The translations under genes and the position numbers were made by a program. 64,000 nucleotides of DNA from an uncultured bacterium (lineage in GTDB: Bacteria > Patescibacteriota > Doudnabacteria > UBA920). The stretch spans positions 117,738 through 181,737 of the forward strand of contig CAVVMJ010000010.1 in NCBI GenBank assembly GCA_963749445.1, written 5' to 3'. A model generated the notes under the pieces. The model was not told where the DNA came from, did no database searches, and saw only the letters and a list, made by a program, of their open reading frames with translations. This document shows positions 8,956-18,256 of the stretch, one piece after another; the first letter of the stretch is position 1; the number at the start of each line of letters is the position of its first letter.

Positions 8956-10494
8956 ATGCCCAAAGAACTAACGATTGTCCACATCGCTTCCGAATGTTCG
9001 CCTTTTGCCAAAATCGGCGGACTGGGCGACGTAGTTTCCGCGCTGCCCAAGGCTCTGTCCGGTCTCGGACATAAGGTGGCGGTCATTTTGCCGCTGTACG
9101 AGGGCGTCAAAAAACAAAATTTGGTTTTGCGGGATATTTTGGAAACCGAAGTCAGCCTGCTCGGCAAAAATTTTTACGCCGGGCTCAAACAATGCGAAAC
9201 CGGCGATGGCGTCTCAATTTTTTTTGTTGATAACGAACAATTTTTCGGCAAACGGAACAATATTTACGGCTACGAGGATGATGGCTTGCGGTTTTTATTT
9301 TTTAATTTGGCCAGCCTCACCCTCTTGGATATGGCGCTCGGCCAAAAAATTCCGCCATTTGAACAAGGCAATATTGACATTCTGCACTGCCACGACTGGC
9401 ACGCCGGACTCATTCCCCAGCTGCTGCATTGCAATCACAGATTTGATCATATCACAGAAGTTGCCACCACGTTTACCATCCACAACCTGGCCTTTCAAGG
9501 CACGAACGACTGGTGGGCGGTACCGAAAAATAAACGGGATATGGGGCACGGCGACCCCACGGCCAAAGGCGTTAATCCCAAATACTTAAACTTTACCCGC
9601 CGCGCGATTTTGCACGCGGACGTGATTAATACGGTCAGCGAGCGCTACGCCGCCGAAATTCTCACGCCCAAATTCGGCCATGGGCTGGACAAGTTGCTAA
9701 AAGCCAGGAAAGACCGCGTGTTTGGCATCATTAACGGCGTGGATTACGCGGTATTTAACCCCCAGTTTGACCAATACATTTACGAAAAATTCGGCGCCGA
9801 TACCATTGAAAAAAAATTGGACAACAAGCTCAGGTTCCAAAAAGAAATCGGCTTGGAGGAAAATAAAACCATCCCGCTCATCGGCATGGTCAACCGGCTC
9901 ACCGAACAAAAAGGCTTTGAGCTGATGATGCAGCTTATGCCCAATTTGCTCCGCCTGCCTCTGCAGTTGGCCGTGGTCGGCAGCGGCGACCGGGGGTACT
10001 TAAAATTTTTCCGCGCGGCTTCCCGCCGGCACCCGGAAAAAATCGCGGTCTGCTCGCCTTTTACCGAGGAAATGGCCGCCAAAGTTTACGCGGCGTCCGA
10101 TATGTATTTAATGCCGTCGCGCTTTGAACCCTGCGGCATTTCACAATTGATATCTTTGCGCTACGGCAGTGTGCCCATTGTCCACGAAACCGGCGGCCTG
10201 CACGACACCATTTCCGATTTTGACTCGCGCTCCGGCCGCGGCAACGGCTTTGTGTTTTCTTCCTACACCGAAGAAGATTTTTTGATTGCCGTAGTCCGGG
10301 CTTTGGAAAATTACCACTACAAAGACGCCTGGCGCGCTTTGGCCAGTTCGGGCATGAAGGAATCTTTTTCCTGGGACCTGCCGGCCCAAAAATATTTGCA
10401 GTTGTACCAGCTGGCGATAAAGAAAAAGAAGACTGATGAAAAACCAAAAAATATCATCAAAAAAGTTTTTGATTTGGTCGCGGAACGGGTATGA
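8956..10494 (+). CDS. glgA: glycogen/starch synthase (GT5)
   Basis: MPKELTIVHIASECSPFAKIGGLGDV (K-x-GGL motif); ~513 aa; ends with a TGA stop. Confidence 0.9.
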   Translation: MPKELTIVHIASECSPFAKIGGLGDVVSALPKALSGLGHKVAVILPLYEGVKKQNLVLRDILETEVSLLGKNFYAGLKQCETGDGVSIFFVDNEQFFGKRNNIYGYEDDGLRFLFFNLASLTLLDMALGQKIPPFEQGNIDILHCHDWHAGLIPQLLHCNHRFDHITEVATTFTIHNLAFQGTNDWWAVPKNKRDMGHGDPTAKGVNPKYLNFTRRAILHADVINTVSERYAAEILTPKFGHGLDKLLKARKDRVFGIINGVDYAVFNPQFDQYIYEKFGADTIEKKLDNKLRFQKEIGLEENKTIPLIGMVNRLTEQKGFELMMQLMPNLLRLPLQLAVVGSGDRGYLKFFRAASRRHPEKIAVCSPFTEEMAAKVYAASDMYLMPSRFEPCGISQLISLRYGSVPIVHETGGLHDTISDFDSRSGRGNGFVFSSYTEEDFLIAVVRALENYHYKDAWRALASSGMKESFSWDLPAQKYLQLYQLAIKKKKTDEKPKNIIKKVFDLVAERV

Positions 10495-10497
10495 TAA

Positions 10498-10536
10498 TTT
10501 AAAAATTAAATAAAATTAACAAATTAAATAAAATTT
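10498..10536. repeat. left arm of a palindromic element enclosing the four-helix-bundle gene
   Basis: aaattaaataaaattaacaaatt is the inverted complement of 10903-10945 and identical to the left arm of the hairpin at 63775-63853. Confidence 0.7.
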
Positions 10537-10905
10537 ATGACCCCGGAGGAACTACAAAAGCGAACAAAACAGTTTGCAATTAGAATTATCAAACTTGTTC
10601 AGCAATTGGAGAAACAAGGTGCAGTCGGAATAGTCATCGGAAAACAATTGCTCCGTTCTGGAACATCAACTGCGGCTAATTATCGTGCGGTCTGCCGAGC
10701 GAAATCAGGGAAGGATTTCATCAATAAACTAGGAATTGTGGCTGAAGAAGCTGATGAAAGCCAATTTTGGCTGGAATTGTTAGTTGAAGCTGATGTAATT
10801 GAATTACTGATGGTAAAAGACCTCCTAAAAGAGGCTTCTGAAATTACTGCCATAATGACCGCTTCCAGATCTTCAGCAATAAAAAATCAAAAATCCAAAA
10901 AATAA
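10537..10905 (+). CDS. four-helix-bundle protein (23S rRNA intervening-sequence protein family)
   Basis: MTPEELQKRTKQFAIRIIKL...AANYRAV...LELLVEA..., typical of the TIGR02436/PF05635 family. Confidence 0.8.
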   Translation: MTPEELQKRTKQFAIRIIKLVQQLEKQGAVGIVIGKQLLRSGTSTAANYRAVCRAKSGKDFINKLGIVAEEADESQFWLELLVEADVIELLMVKDLLKEASEITAIMTASRSSAIKNQKSKK

Positions 10906-10945
10906 TTTTACTTAATTTTATTTAATTTGTAAATTTGTTAATTCT
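10903..10945. repeat. right arm of the same palindromic element
   Basis: taattttacttaattttatttaatttgtaaatttgttaatt. Confidence 0.7.
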
Positions 10946-10948
10946 TTT

Positions 10949-12364
10949 ATGTTCTGGGCCAACTTTCTCCACATCTACCAGCCGCCGACGCAAAAACCCT
11001 ACTGGGTCAAACGCGTGGCCGAAGAGTCCTACCGGAAAATTTTTGCCGGGCTTTTGGCCACGCCCAGCGCCAAAGTCACTATGAACATCAACGGCGTGCT
11101 TTTGGAGCTGCTGGATAAAAACGGCTGCGGAGACATTTTGGAAAGCATCAAAAAACTTTTGGACAAAAACCAGCTGGAACTGGTAGGCTCGGCCAAATAC
11201 CACGCCATGCTGCCGTTTTTGCCTGAACGCGAAATTGTCAGGCAAATCCAACTGAACGAACAAACTTTAAAAAACTATTTGGGATCATCGCTGTCATTAA
11301 AAGGGTTTTTCCCTCCGGAAATGGCTTTTGACCCCAAGCTGGTGCCGATTATTTCCTCCTTGGGCTACAAATGGATTATTTGCGATGAGCTGTCTTTCCC
11401 TGCGCCCGGACAAAAACCCCAGTACGACCGCATTTATACCGATGCGCAAAACCCTTCCGTGGCTTTATTTTTCCGCGAGCGGCACATGAGCTGGGTCATC
11501 CTTTCCGGCCAGGTCGGCACCGGCCAGCTTTTGGTTTCCAGCCTGGGCGATCGGCTTAAAAAAAACGAATTCCTGCTTACGGCCATGGACGGCGAAACTT
11601 TTGGCCACCACCGGCCGGGATTGGAACAGCTGTTGTTTGAAATTTTTAATGCCGATAAACTAAAAACGGTCCGGATGTCGGAACTGTTTGACTTATTTCC
11701 CACGCGCGAAGCCCTCACTCCGCGTCCCTCCACCTGGGCGTTAATGGAAAAAGATCTGGAAGAAAAAAAACCGTTCTCGCGCTGGCAGGATCCGGACAAT
11801 ATCATCCATCAATTGCAATGGCAGCTGACCGATTTGGCGATAAACACCGTGGAGCAGGCGGACGAGCGTGCGCCCGGATTTCCCGAGGCACGCCAAACTT
11901 TGGACAGGGCGCTGCATTCCGACCAGTATTGGTGGGCCTCGGCGCGGCCGTGGTGGAGTTTGGAAATGATCGAACTCGGCGCCAAGGAACTTTATGACGC
12001 GGTGCTGCTTACGCCGGGAATTTCCGACGAAACGCGCGAGCTGGCCAGGCATTTGTACCACACCATTGTGTTCACGGGTTTTGACTGGCAGCGCTCCGGA
12101 CTGGTGGACGAGCTCTCCCGCCGGGAAGACGAAGCCGTAAGGCAGCGCACGGACATCGGCATCCCCAAACTGCCCCGGGCCGAAGTGGAAAAAATGGTTA
12201 CCGGCCTGCAAAAAGAAATGGCGGCCGTGGCGGCCGCGCAGGAATACGAGCGCGCGGCGCAAATCCGCGACCGTATTAAGGAACTGCGCGGTTATGTTTC
12301 GGATGACGGCTCTGCATTAAAAACTTCCGATGAGGGCAATCGGGAGTTCAAGTTGAATCCTTAA
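10949..12364 (+). CDS. GH57-family glycoside hydrolase (amylase / branching-enzyme type) with C-terminal UVR-like motif
   Basis: N-terminal NFLHIYQPP (GH57 HxHQP signature). C-terminal AQEYERAAQIRDRIKELRG resembles a UvrB/C UVR helix. Confidence 0.75.
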   Translation: MFWANFLHIYQPPTQKPYWVKRVAEESYRKIFAGLLATPSAKVTMNINGVLLELLDKNGCGDILESIKKLLDKNQLELVGSAKYHAMLPFLPEREIVRQIQLNEQTLKNYLGSSLSLKGFFPPEMAFDPKLVPIISSLGYKWIICDELSFPAPGQKPQYDRIYTDAQNPSVALFFRERHMSWVILSGQVGTGQLLVSSLGDRLKKNEFLLTAMDGETFGHHRPGLEQLLFEIFNADKLKTVRMSELFDLFPTREALTPRPSTWALMEKDLEEKKPFSRWQDPDNIIHQLQWQLTDLAINTVEQADERAPGFPEARQTLDRALHSDQYWWASARPWWSLEMIELGAKELYDAVLLTPGISDETRELARHLYHTIVFTGFDWQRSGLVDELSRREDEAVRQRTDIGIPKLPRAEVEKMVTGLQKEMAAVAAAQEYERAAQIRDRIKELRGYVSDDGSALKTSDEGNREFKLNP

Positions 12365-12365
12365 A

Positions 12366-12404
12366 AAACAATTAACGATTAACAATTGACAATTAACATA
12401 AAAC
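12366..12404. repeat. left arm of a caattaacgattaac palindrome enclosing four-helix-bundle copy 2
   Basis: aacaattaacgattaacaattgacaattaac vs the reverse complement of 12781-12815, aacaattgacgattaacgattaacgattaac. Confidence 0.7.
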
Positions 12405-12408
12405 AAAA

Positions 12409-12801
12409 ATGAATACAAAAGACAAATATGGTTTCAGGTTTAGAGACTGACAAGTATACAAAGACGCAAGATCGTTCAGAAAAGAAATCAACTTACTTAT
12501 CAAAAAATTTCCAGCTGACGAAAGATATGCTTTAACCGACCAAACTAAACGGGCGTTAACTTCCATTATTTTAAATGTCGCGGAAAGCACAAACAAAAAC
12601 TCGGATAAAGATATGAGGGTTTACATTAACAGGAGCCACTGTTCACTTGACGAAGTCGTCGCCTGTCTTGATTGCGCTTATGATAATGGTTACATCAATG
12701 AGCCGGAACTGAATATTTCTTTAGCCAAAGCGTCCGGCTTAGCCAAACAACTCACAACCTTTACTGTATACCTGTCAAAGGACAAAAAAGTTAATCGTTA
12801 A
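12409..12801 (+). pseudogene. four-helix-bundle protein copy 2 with in-frame TGA after codon 13
   Basis: MNTKDKYGFRFRD*QVYKDARSFRKEINLLIKKFPADERYALTDQTKRALTSIILNVAES...YINEPELN: the full family signature is present but interrupted by TGA. Only the C-terminal 62 aa appear in the ORF track. Confidence 0.65.
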
Positions 12802-12815
12802 TCGTTAATCGTCAA
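12781..12815. repeat. right arm of the palindrome enclosing four-helix-bundle copy 2
   Basis: gttaatcgttaatcgttaatcgtcaattgtt. Confidence 0.7.
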
Positions 12816-14273
12816 TTGTTTATGAATGTGCTATTCGCCGCGGCCGAATGCGCGCCGCTGGCCAAAGTCGGAGGCTTGGGAGACGTCATTGGCTCTTTGC
12901 CCAAAGCCTTAAAACAAATTGGCGTTGACGCGCGGGTGATTTTGCCGAGGTATAAAAATATCCGGCTGCCTACGGAAAGTAAATACCAACCGATAAAAAT
13001 TCTGGTAACTTTTAACGACCAACCGATGTCAGTTACGGTCTACCAAACCACCTTGCTCGAAAGCAGCATTATTTTGTATCTGTTGGAAGAGCCGGCGATA
13101 TTCGGCAGCGGCACGGTTTACGAAACAACCGATGCCACGCCGGGTAGCGAAGAGGAAATAAAAAAATTCCTGTTTTTTTCCCAGTGCGTCGCGGAATTCC
13201 TAAAACAAAAAATCTGGCAGCCCGATGTCCTGCACGCGCACGATTGGCACCTTGCCCTCACTCCCCTTTTAATCAAATTGGCAAAACTCCCAATCCCGAC
13301 CTTGCTGACCATCCACAATCTGGCCATGCAGGGTTTGGCCTCGGCTGAAAGTCTGGAGGCTTTGGGCGGAAATTTAATCGGCCAGCCGTCCTTGCGCCAA
13401 GATTTGGCCAAATCCGGCAAAATTAACCTGCTGCGGCAAGGTATTTTGCACGCCGACGCGGTCAGCACGGTCAGCCCCACTTATGCCAAGGAAATTACCG
13501 CCGCGGAATTTGGCGAAGGTTTAGAAGCTGATTTAAACAAACTGGATAATATTTACGGCAATCTAAACGGCCTTGACGAGTCGGTTTGGAATCCGGCAAC
13601 TGACCGGCTTTTAGCCAAACCTTATGATAAATCTGCGCCGGAACTCAAACTGCAAAACAAATCAGCTCTGCAAAAATTACTTGGACTAAAATCCGCCGAT
13701 GATGTCCCGCTCATTGGGATCGTCTCCCGCCTGACCGGCCAAAAAGGTTTTGATTTGCTTGAACCCATAAGCAAAGCGCTGACAACTTTGGATTTCCAGA
13801 TGATAATTTTGGGCGTGGGCGAGCCCGCAATAGAAAACTTTTTTGCCGATCTTTGCCGCAAACATCCCCAACGGTTCACCTTGCAAAAAAAATTTGACGA
13901 GCGCCTGGCCCACCAAATTTACGCGGGCGCCGATATTTTCCTGATGCCCTCGCGTTTTGAACCCTGCGGCCTTGGCCAAATGATCGCCATGCGCTACGGC
14001 AGCCTGCCGCTGGTTCGCTCAACCGGCGGGCTAAAAGATACCGTAATTAATTTAGCGGATAATTTAAGCAACGCGGATTTCGCCACGGGGTTTGTGTTTG
14101 ACGATTATGATCCTTTGGCGCTTTTGGCGGAATTAAAACGCGCTCTTAATCTTTATCACCAGGACCAAAAAATCTGGGACCGGATGAGCCAAAACGCCAT
14201 GGCCAAAGATTTATCGTGGGCTAATTCAGCAAAAAAATACTCTGAACTCTATCAAAAAATTATTAATTCATAA
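12816..14273 (+). CDS. glycogen synthase paralog (GT5)
   Basis: MFMNVLFAAAECAPLAKVGGLGDVIGSLP; collinear with GlgA. Confidence 0.85.
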   Translation: MFMNVLFAAAECAPLAKVGGLGDVIGSLPKALKQIGVDARVILPRYKNIRLPTESKYQPIKILVTFNDQPMSVTVYQTTLLESSIILYLLEEPAIFGSGTVYETTDATPGSEEEIKKFLFFSQCVAEFLKQKIWQPDVLHAHDWHLALTPLLIKLAKLPIPTLLTIHNLAMQGLASAESLEALGGNLIGQPSLRQDLAKSGKINLLRQGILHADAVSTVSPTYAKEITAAEFGEGLEADLNKLDNIYGNLNGLDESVWNPATDRLLAKPYDKSAPELKLQNKSALQKLLGLKSADDVPLIGIVSRLTGQKGFDLLEPISKALTTLDFQMIILGVGEPAIENFFADLCRKHPQRFTLQKKFDERLAHQIYAGADIFLMPSRFEPCGLGQMIAMRYGSLPLVRSTGGLKDTVINLADNLSNADFATGFVFDDYDPLALLAELKRALNLYHQDQKIWDRMSQNAMAKDLSWANSAKKYSELYQKIINS

Positions 14274-14279
14274 CATGAG

Positions 14280-14378
14280 TTGATGGGCATCTTCGTGATT
14301 ATCCAATCCTCGACCATAATTAACCGCTACCCGATGGTAATCAATTAGTGCTTGTGGAACCACGAAGATGCCCATCAT
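14280..14378. mobile_element. MITE family 1 copy
   Basis: TTGATGGGCATCTTCG ... CGAAGATGCCCATCA. Confidence 0.8.
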
Positions 14379-14388
14379 TCAATTCTTA

Positions 14389-14651
14389 TGGACAACCTTG
14401 AACAGGAACTTTTAAAAATTCACGACAGAAACCGGCGCGTGGAGCTGGACAAAGCCTGGGAACGCAGCTGGACACGGCGGATAACAATCGCGATTATTAC
14501 CTACATAATCGCTTTGGTTTGGCTAATGCTGATAAAAGAGCCCTTCGCCGCCTGGAAAGCTTTTGTCCCGACCGTGGGATACATTCTATCCACCCTGTAT
14601 TTGCCGTTTGCCAAAACCGCCTGGCTTAAGCATCGCCCAAACCCAAAATAA
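14389..14651 (+). CDS. small membrane protein, hypothetical
   Basis: The ATG lies just outside the MITE. Two TM helices. The longer ORF-track N-terminus is MITE-derived. Confidence 0.5.
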
Positions 14652-14663
14652 TACCAATCCCCG

Positions 14664-14760
14664 CCACACCTTTTTTGCTCGCAAAGCAAAAAAGGTGTGG
14701 CTGTATTTTGTGCCCAAAATACAGTGATTCACTTTTTGACGGCCGTCAAAAAGTGAATCA
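14664..14760. terminator. two hairpin terminators between convergent genes
   Basis: ccacaccttttttgctcgcaaagcaaaaaaggtgtgg and gtgaatcactttttgacggccgtcaaaaagtgaatcac. Confidence 0.65.
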
Positions 14761-16497
14761 CTACTTCCTCGTCGGCGGAATATGCAAATAGTTCAAAATA
14801 AACTGCGCCATCTGGCCAAAGACCGGGCCGGCCGTGCTTTCGGCAAACTGCACGTCGCGCGGGTGATCAATGCGTATAATCATCACGAACCGCGGGTCTT
14901 CCACCGGCCCGTAGCCAATGAACGAACCGATGTTGTTGGTCGGGTCATACCCGGGTTTGCCGTCGGAGCGGGCCACCTGCGCCGTGCCGGTTTTGCCCGC
15001 GATAAAATAACCCGGAACCGCGGCCCGTTTGCCAAAACCGTTTTCCACCACGTCCACCAGCATGGCCGAAACGGTGTCGGCAGTTTTTTTGGTCACCGGC
15101 TGACCGACCACGGTCGGCTGGGTGTTAACGGTTCTGCCGTCCGGATAGACTTTGGCCTGCACAATATAAGGCTTCATCATTTTGCCGCTGTTGGCCAGCG
15201 CGCCGTAAGCCTCAAGCAATTGGAGCGGCGTAACCGAAATGCCCTGGCCGAAACTGGCCGTATCATAGTTGACGGCGATATTGCCTTTGGTAATCCCGCT
15301 CAAATCCCCCGAAACCTCGGGCAATTCCACTCCGGTTTTTTGGCCAAACCCGAACGCCTTAACGTATTTTAAAAAGTCCGGATTGCCCAGCTGGCTTTCG
15401 GCAAAAATCGCGCCGGTGTTTAGGGAAAAATCCAAAGCCTGCGCCATAGTCTGCGTGCCGCGCCCGCCCGGTTCGGCATTTTTGATGATATAGTTATCAA
15501 CCTCCACTTTGCCGGTATCGGTATAAGTCGTATCGGGGGTGATTTTGCCTTCATCAATGGCCGCGGCCATGGTGATGGCTTTAAAAGTGGATCCGGGCTC
15601 ATAGTTGCCCACGGTATTTTCATTGCTGAAGACTTTGGAATCGGTCACTTTGCCGTAATTGTTGGGGTCAAAATCCGGAAAACCGGCCATGGCTAAAACA
15701 GCCCCGGTTTTGGGATCCATCACAATAATGCTGCCGCTGTCCGCGCCGTGCTTGGTAACCGCGTCAGCCAAAATATTTTGGGCCTGGAACTGGATGTCCT
15801 TGTTCACGGTCAGCACCAAATTCACGCCGTCCACGGCCGGCTGTTCCTGGCGCATACTGCCGAAAATCCAGGCGCCCCCGGTGTCTTTCTCCTCGTAAAG
15901 CTGTCCGTTTGCGCCGGCCAGATCTTTGTCAAAATAACGCTCCAGGCCGTACAGCCCGACTTTCTGGTTTTGGTTGTTGTAGCCGACGAATCCCACCACG
16001 TGGCTTAATAAACTGTTTTGGGGATAATAGCGCGAATCCTCGGAATCCAAATAAATACCCGGCAGTTTCAACTGTTCGACGGCTTGCTGTTCCTGGTCGC
16101 TGAGCTGCTTTTTGAGCGGCGCGTATTTGCGGCTCTCGTCGGTAATTTTTGCCAAAATATCGGCGGCCGGCAAATTTAAGGCACCGGCCAAGACCTCGCT
16201 CGCGGCTTTGGGATTTAAAATATCCTGCGGCACGGCGTAAACCAAATACTGCTTAATGTTGGTGGCCACCGGAATGGTTTCCAAGGTCGCCTGGTCCGTC
16301 AAGTCAATTTCCCCGCGCGAGGCGAACAATTTTAAAAACACGCTGTGCTGCTGCTCGGCTTGCCCGCGCATATCGCCGCCGCGCAGCACCTGCAGCCAAA
16401 ACAGCCGGGCGGCAATGACCACCAGCCCCAATAATAAAACAACCGTCAATACGGCGGTTCGTTTTTGAAATATGTCTTTGTGGGAAGCTGAGACCAT
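14761..16497 (-). CDS. ftsI: penicillin-binding protein 2 / FtsI-type transpeptidase
   Basis: N-terminal TM helix. STFK, SLN and KTGTAQ transpeptidase motifs. Confidence 0.85.
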   Translation of the reverse strand: MVSASHKDIFQKRTAVLTVVLLLGLVVIAARLFWLQVLRGGDMRGQAEQQHSVFLKLFASRGEIDLTDQATLETIPVATNIKQYLVYAVPQDILNPKAASEVLAGALNLPAADILAKITDESRKYAPLKKQLSDQEQQAVEQLKLPGIYLDSEDSRYYPQNSLLSHVVGFVGYNNQNQKVGLYGLERYFDKDLAGANGQLYEEKDTGGAWIFGSMRQEQPAVDGVNLVLTVNKDIQFQAQNILADAVTKHGADSGSIIVMDPKTGAVLAMAGFPDFDPNNYGKVTDSKVFSNENTVGNYEPGSTFKAITMAAAIDEGKITPDTTYTDTGKVEVDNYIIKNAEPGGRGTQTMAQALDFSLNTGAIFAESQLGNPDFLKYVKAFGFGQKTGVELPEVSGDLSGITKGNIAVNYDTASFGQGISVTPLQLLEAYGALANSGKMMKPYIVQAKVYPDGRTVNTQPTVVGQPVTKKTADTVSAMLVDVVENGFGKRAAVPGYFIAGKTGTAQVARSDGKPGYDPTNNIGSFIGYGPVEDPRFVMIIRIDHPRDVQFAESTAGPVFGQMAQFILNYLHIPPTRK

Positions 16498-16617
16498 AGT
16501 TAATTGTTATAGGGTATGGCGGCCGGTAACGGTGGTAGGTTTTAAGGAATACGTCGCCTAAAACCCTATTACTTACGACCACACCGGACGCCACGCCTTA
16601 TAACCTATTACTGACAG

Positions 16618-16989
16618 CTATCGCATGCTCATCTGGCTTACCTGCAAAAATGTCGGCGTGCCGGCAGGCACAAAATTTGCGCCCAAAACCTGGCTTTGCA
16701 CCGCGATCATAGATGACACCTGTGCGGTTTTCACCGTCAATTTTTGGTTGGTTTCGGTTAAGGCAGAGAGTTGATTCTGCAACGTTTTAATCTGGTAACC
16801 GGTGGCCGCGTAACTATTGACGGAAACCAAATAGCTGGCCATGAGCAGCGTGCAGGCAATTGCCAAACACAGCGACGCCCAAAATTGCCAGACAGCCGGC
16901 TTGCGCGCGGTCTTATGCCGCGGCGCGGCCAAAGTCCGGCCCGGCTCGGAAAAACCGAAAAAATTGTCTAACGCCAAACTTTTAAGCAT
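16618..16989 (-). CDS. ftsL: cell-division protein FtsL-like
   Basis: Small bitopic protein with a coiled-coil periplasmic part, at the dcw position between rsmH and ftsI. Confidence 0.6.
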   Translation of the reverse strand: MLKSLALDNFFGFSEPGRTLAAPRHKTARKPAVWQFWASLCLAIACTLLMASYLVSVNSYAATGYQIKTLQNQLSALTETNQKLTVKTAQVSSMIAVQSQVLGANFVPAGTPTFLQVSQMSMR

Positions 16990-17112
16990 GTCGTTTTATT
17001 TTACCCCCACACCAATTTAGTAATAAAATTTGAGCTAAGACGATTTTTTAGCTGTACTTGGGCGTTTTGGCGCGCGTCCAAAAATTGCTGATAATTGGTG
17101 TGGGGGTGAATT
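16990..17112. repeat. TIR element: 17-bp inverted repeats ttacccccacaccaatt / aattggtgtgggggtaa around an ~85-nt loop
   Basis: Perfect 17-bp inverted repeat. Architecture matches the 54581-54690 element, which has different TIRs. Confidence 0.65.
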
Positions 17113-17212
17113 TTTATTTTTTGTTTGGGGGACGATTTAACCTTGATTTTTATTTTTCCGGCGAAGCCGGACCCCGCTTCGCGGGGCATGACGATGATCA
17201 TTTGTTTGTGTT

Positions 17213-18158
17213 TTATAATTTTACAATTACCCTTAATTTCCCCGGCTTGCTTCTCGGGTTTTTGTTTATTTCTTCGGCTGATGCAGTAACCGGCTTTTTG
17301 GTTAAAATTTTCCCCCGCGGATTCTTGCCGCAAACGCAATGGGAAAATCCGGCGGACAAACGCATCCTTTACTCAATCCCGAAAAAAATTGTTTAACCAT
17401 CCTGTCTTCCAAAGAATGGAACGAGACCACGGCCAAGCCTGCCCGCCCGGAACCAACAAGTCAAACGCTTTTGGCAAAAATTCTTCCAAACTCTGCAATT
17501 CCTGGTTAACCTCTATCCGTAGCGCCTGAAAAATTCTCCGCGCGTGGTCGTCGGCCTTATGCTTAACCGGTTTCGGCAGCGCGTCTTCTATAATTTGATA
17601 AAAATCAGTTGTATATTTTATTTCTTTTCCCTTATCTCTATTCTCTATAACTTTTTTAGCAATTTGATGGCTGAATTTTTCCTCCCCATAATCTTTAAAT
17701 ATTTTAATCAACTCTTGTTGGTAAATAACTGTTAACAATAACTTCGCGTCCTTAAGCGTTCGGCTTTGGTCAAACCGCATATCCAGCTCTCTTTTTTTTG
17801 GAAGCACATCGCGGCCCGCTTTTCCAGTTCATGGGATGATAACCCCAGATCCGCCACTATCCCGCTGATATTGTAAACTGATGATGTTCAACAGTTCTGT
17901 CTATCTGCGCAAAATTCCCTTGTACAATTTCCACCCTTCTCCCTCTGGGAGAGGGTCAGGGTGAGGGATTTGAAATTCTCAATAGCATCTTGATCCAAAT
18001 CGATCGCTAAAAATTTCCCATCTGGCTTTATCTTTTCCAAAATTGCCGCCGTGTACCCGCCCCCGCCTAATGTCGCGTCAACAAAATTCTTGCCGGCTGA
18101 GGATCCAAAAACCCAATAACCTCATTAAGAAAACCGGAACATGGTTATAATTTATCAT
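17213..18158 (-). pseudogene. rsmH: 16S rRNA m4C1402 methyltransferase RsmH, interrupted by about 7 frameshifts
   Basis: Eight collinear segments in alternating frames: MINYNHVPVFL / LNEVIGFLDPQP / GKNFVDATLGGGGYTAAILEK...SQREK / VEIVQGNF... / GIVADLGLSSHELEK / AGRDVLPKKRELDMRFDQ...FQALRIEVNQ...LLVPGG / [19 protein letters not shown]... / [27 protein letters not shown]. Confidence 0.7.
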
Positions 18159-18256
18159 CAAAAATATCCAAATTTCGGAATTTTCCGGATATTTTTTGCG
18201 GCTTGCGATAACCATCGACGCAAAAAAATTCCGGCGATGGACACGACTGTGAAAAA

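Noticed and set aside
8898-9167. 89-aa ORF containing HKYTNSHEL, and the similar ORF at 20101..20352
   Set aside because: These are translations of the AAATATACAAAT MITE family 3 repeat. The region overlaps the glgA start.
12409-12801. In-frame TGA in four-helix-bundle copy 2 as evidence of TGA recoding (genetic code 25, TGA read as Gly)
   Set aside because: glgA (10492-10494) and other well-conserved genes end with TGA at their expected C-termini, so TGA is a stop here. The copy is more likely a pseudogene.
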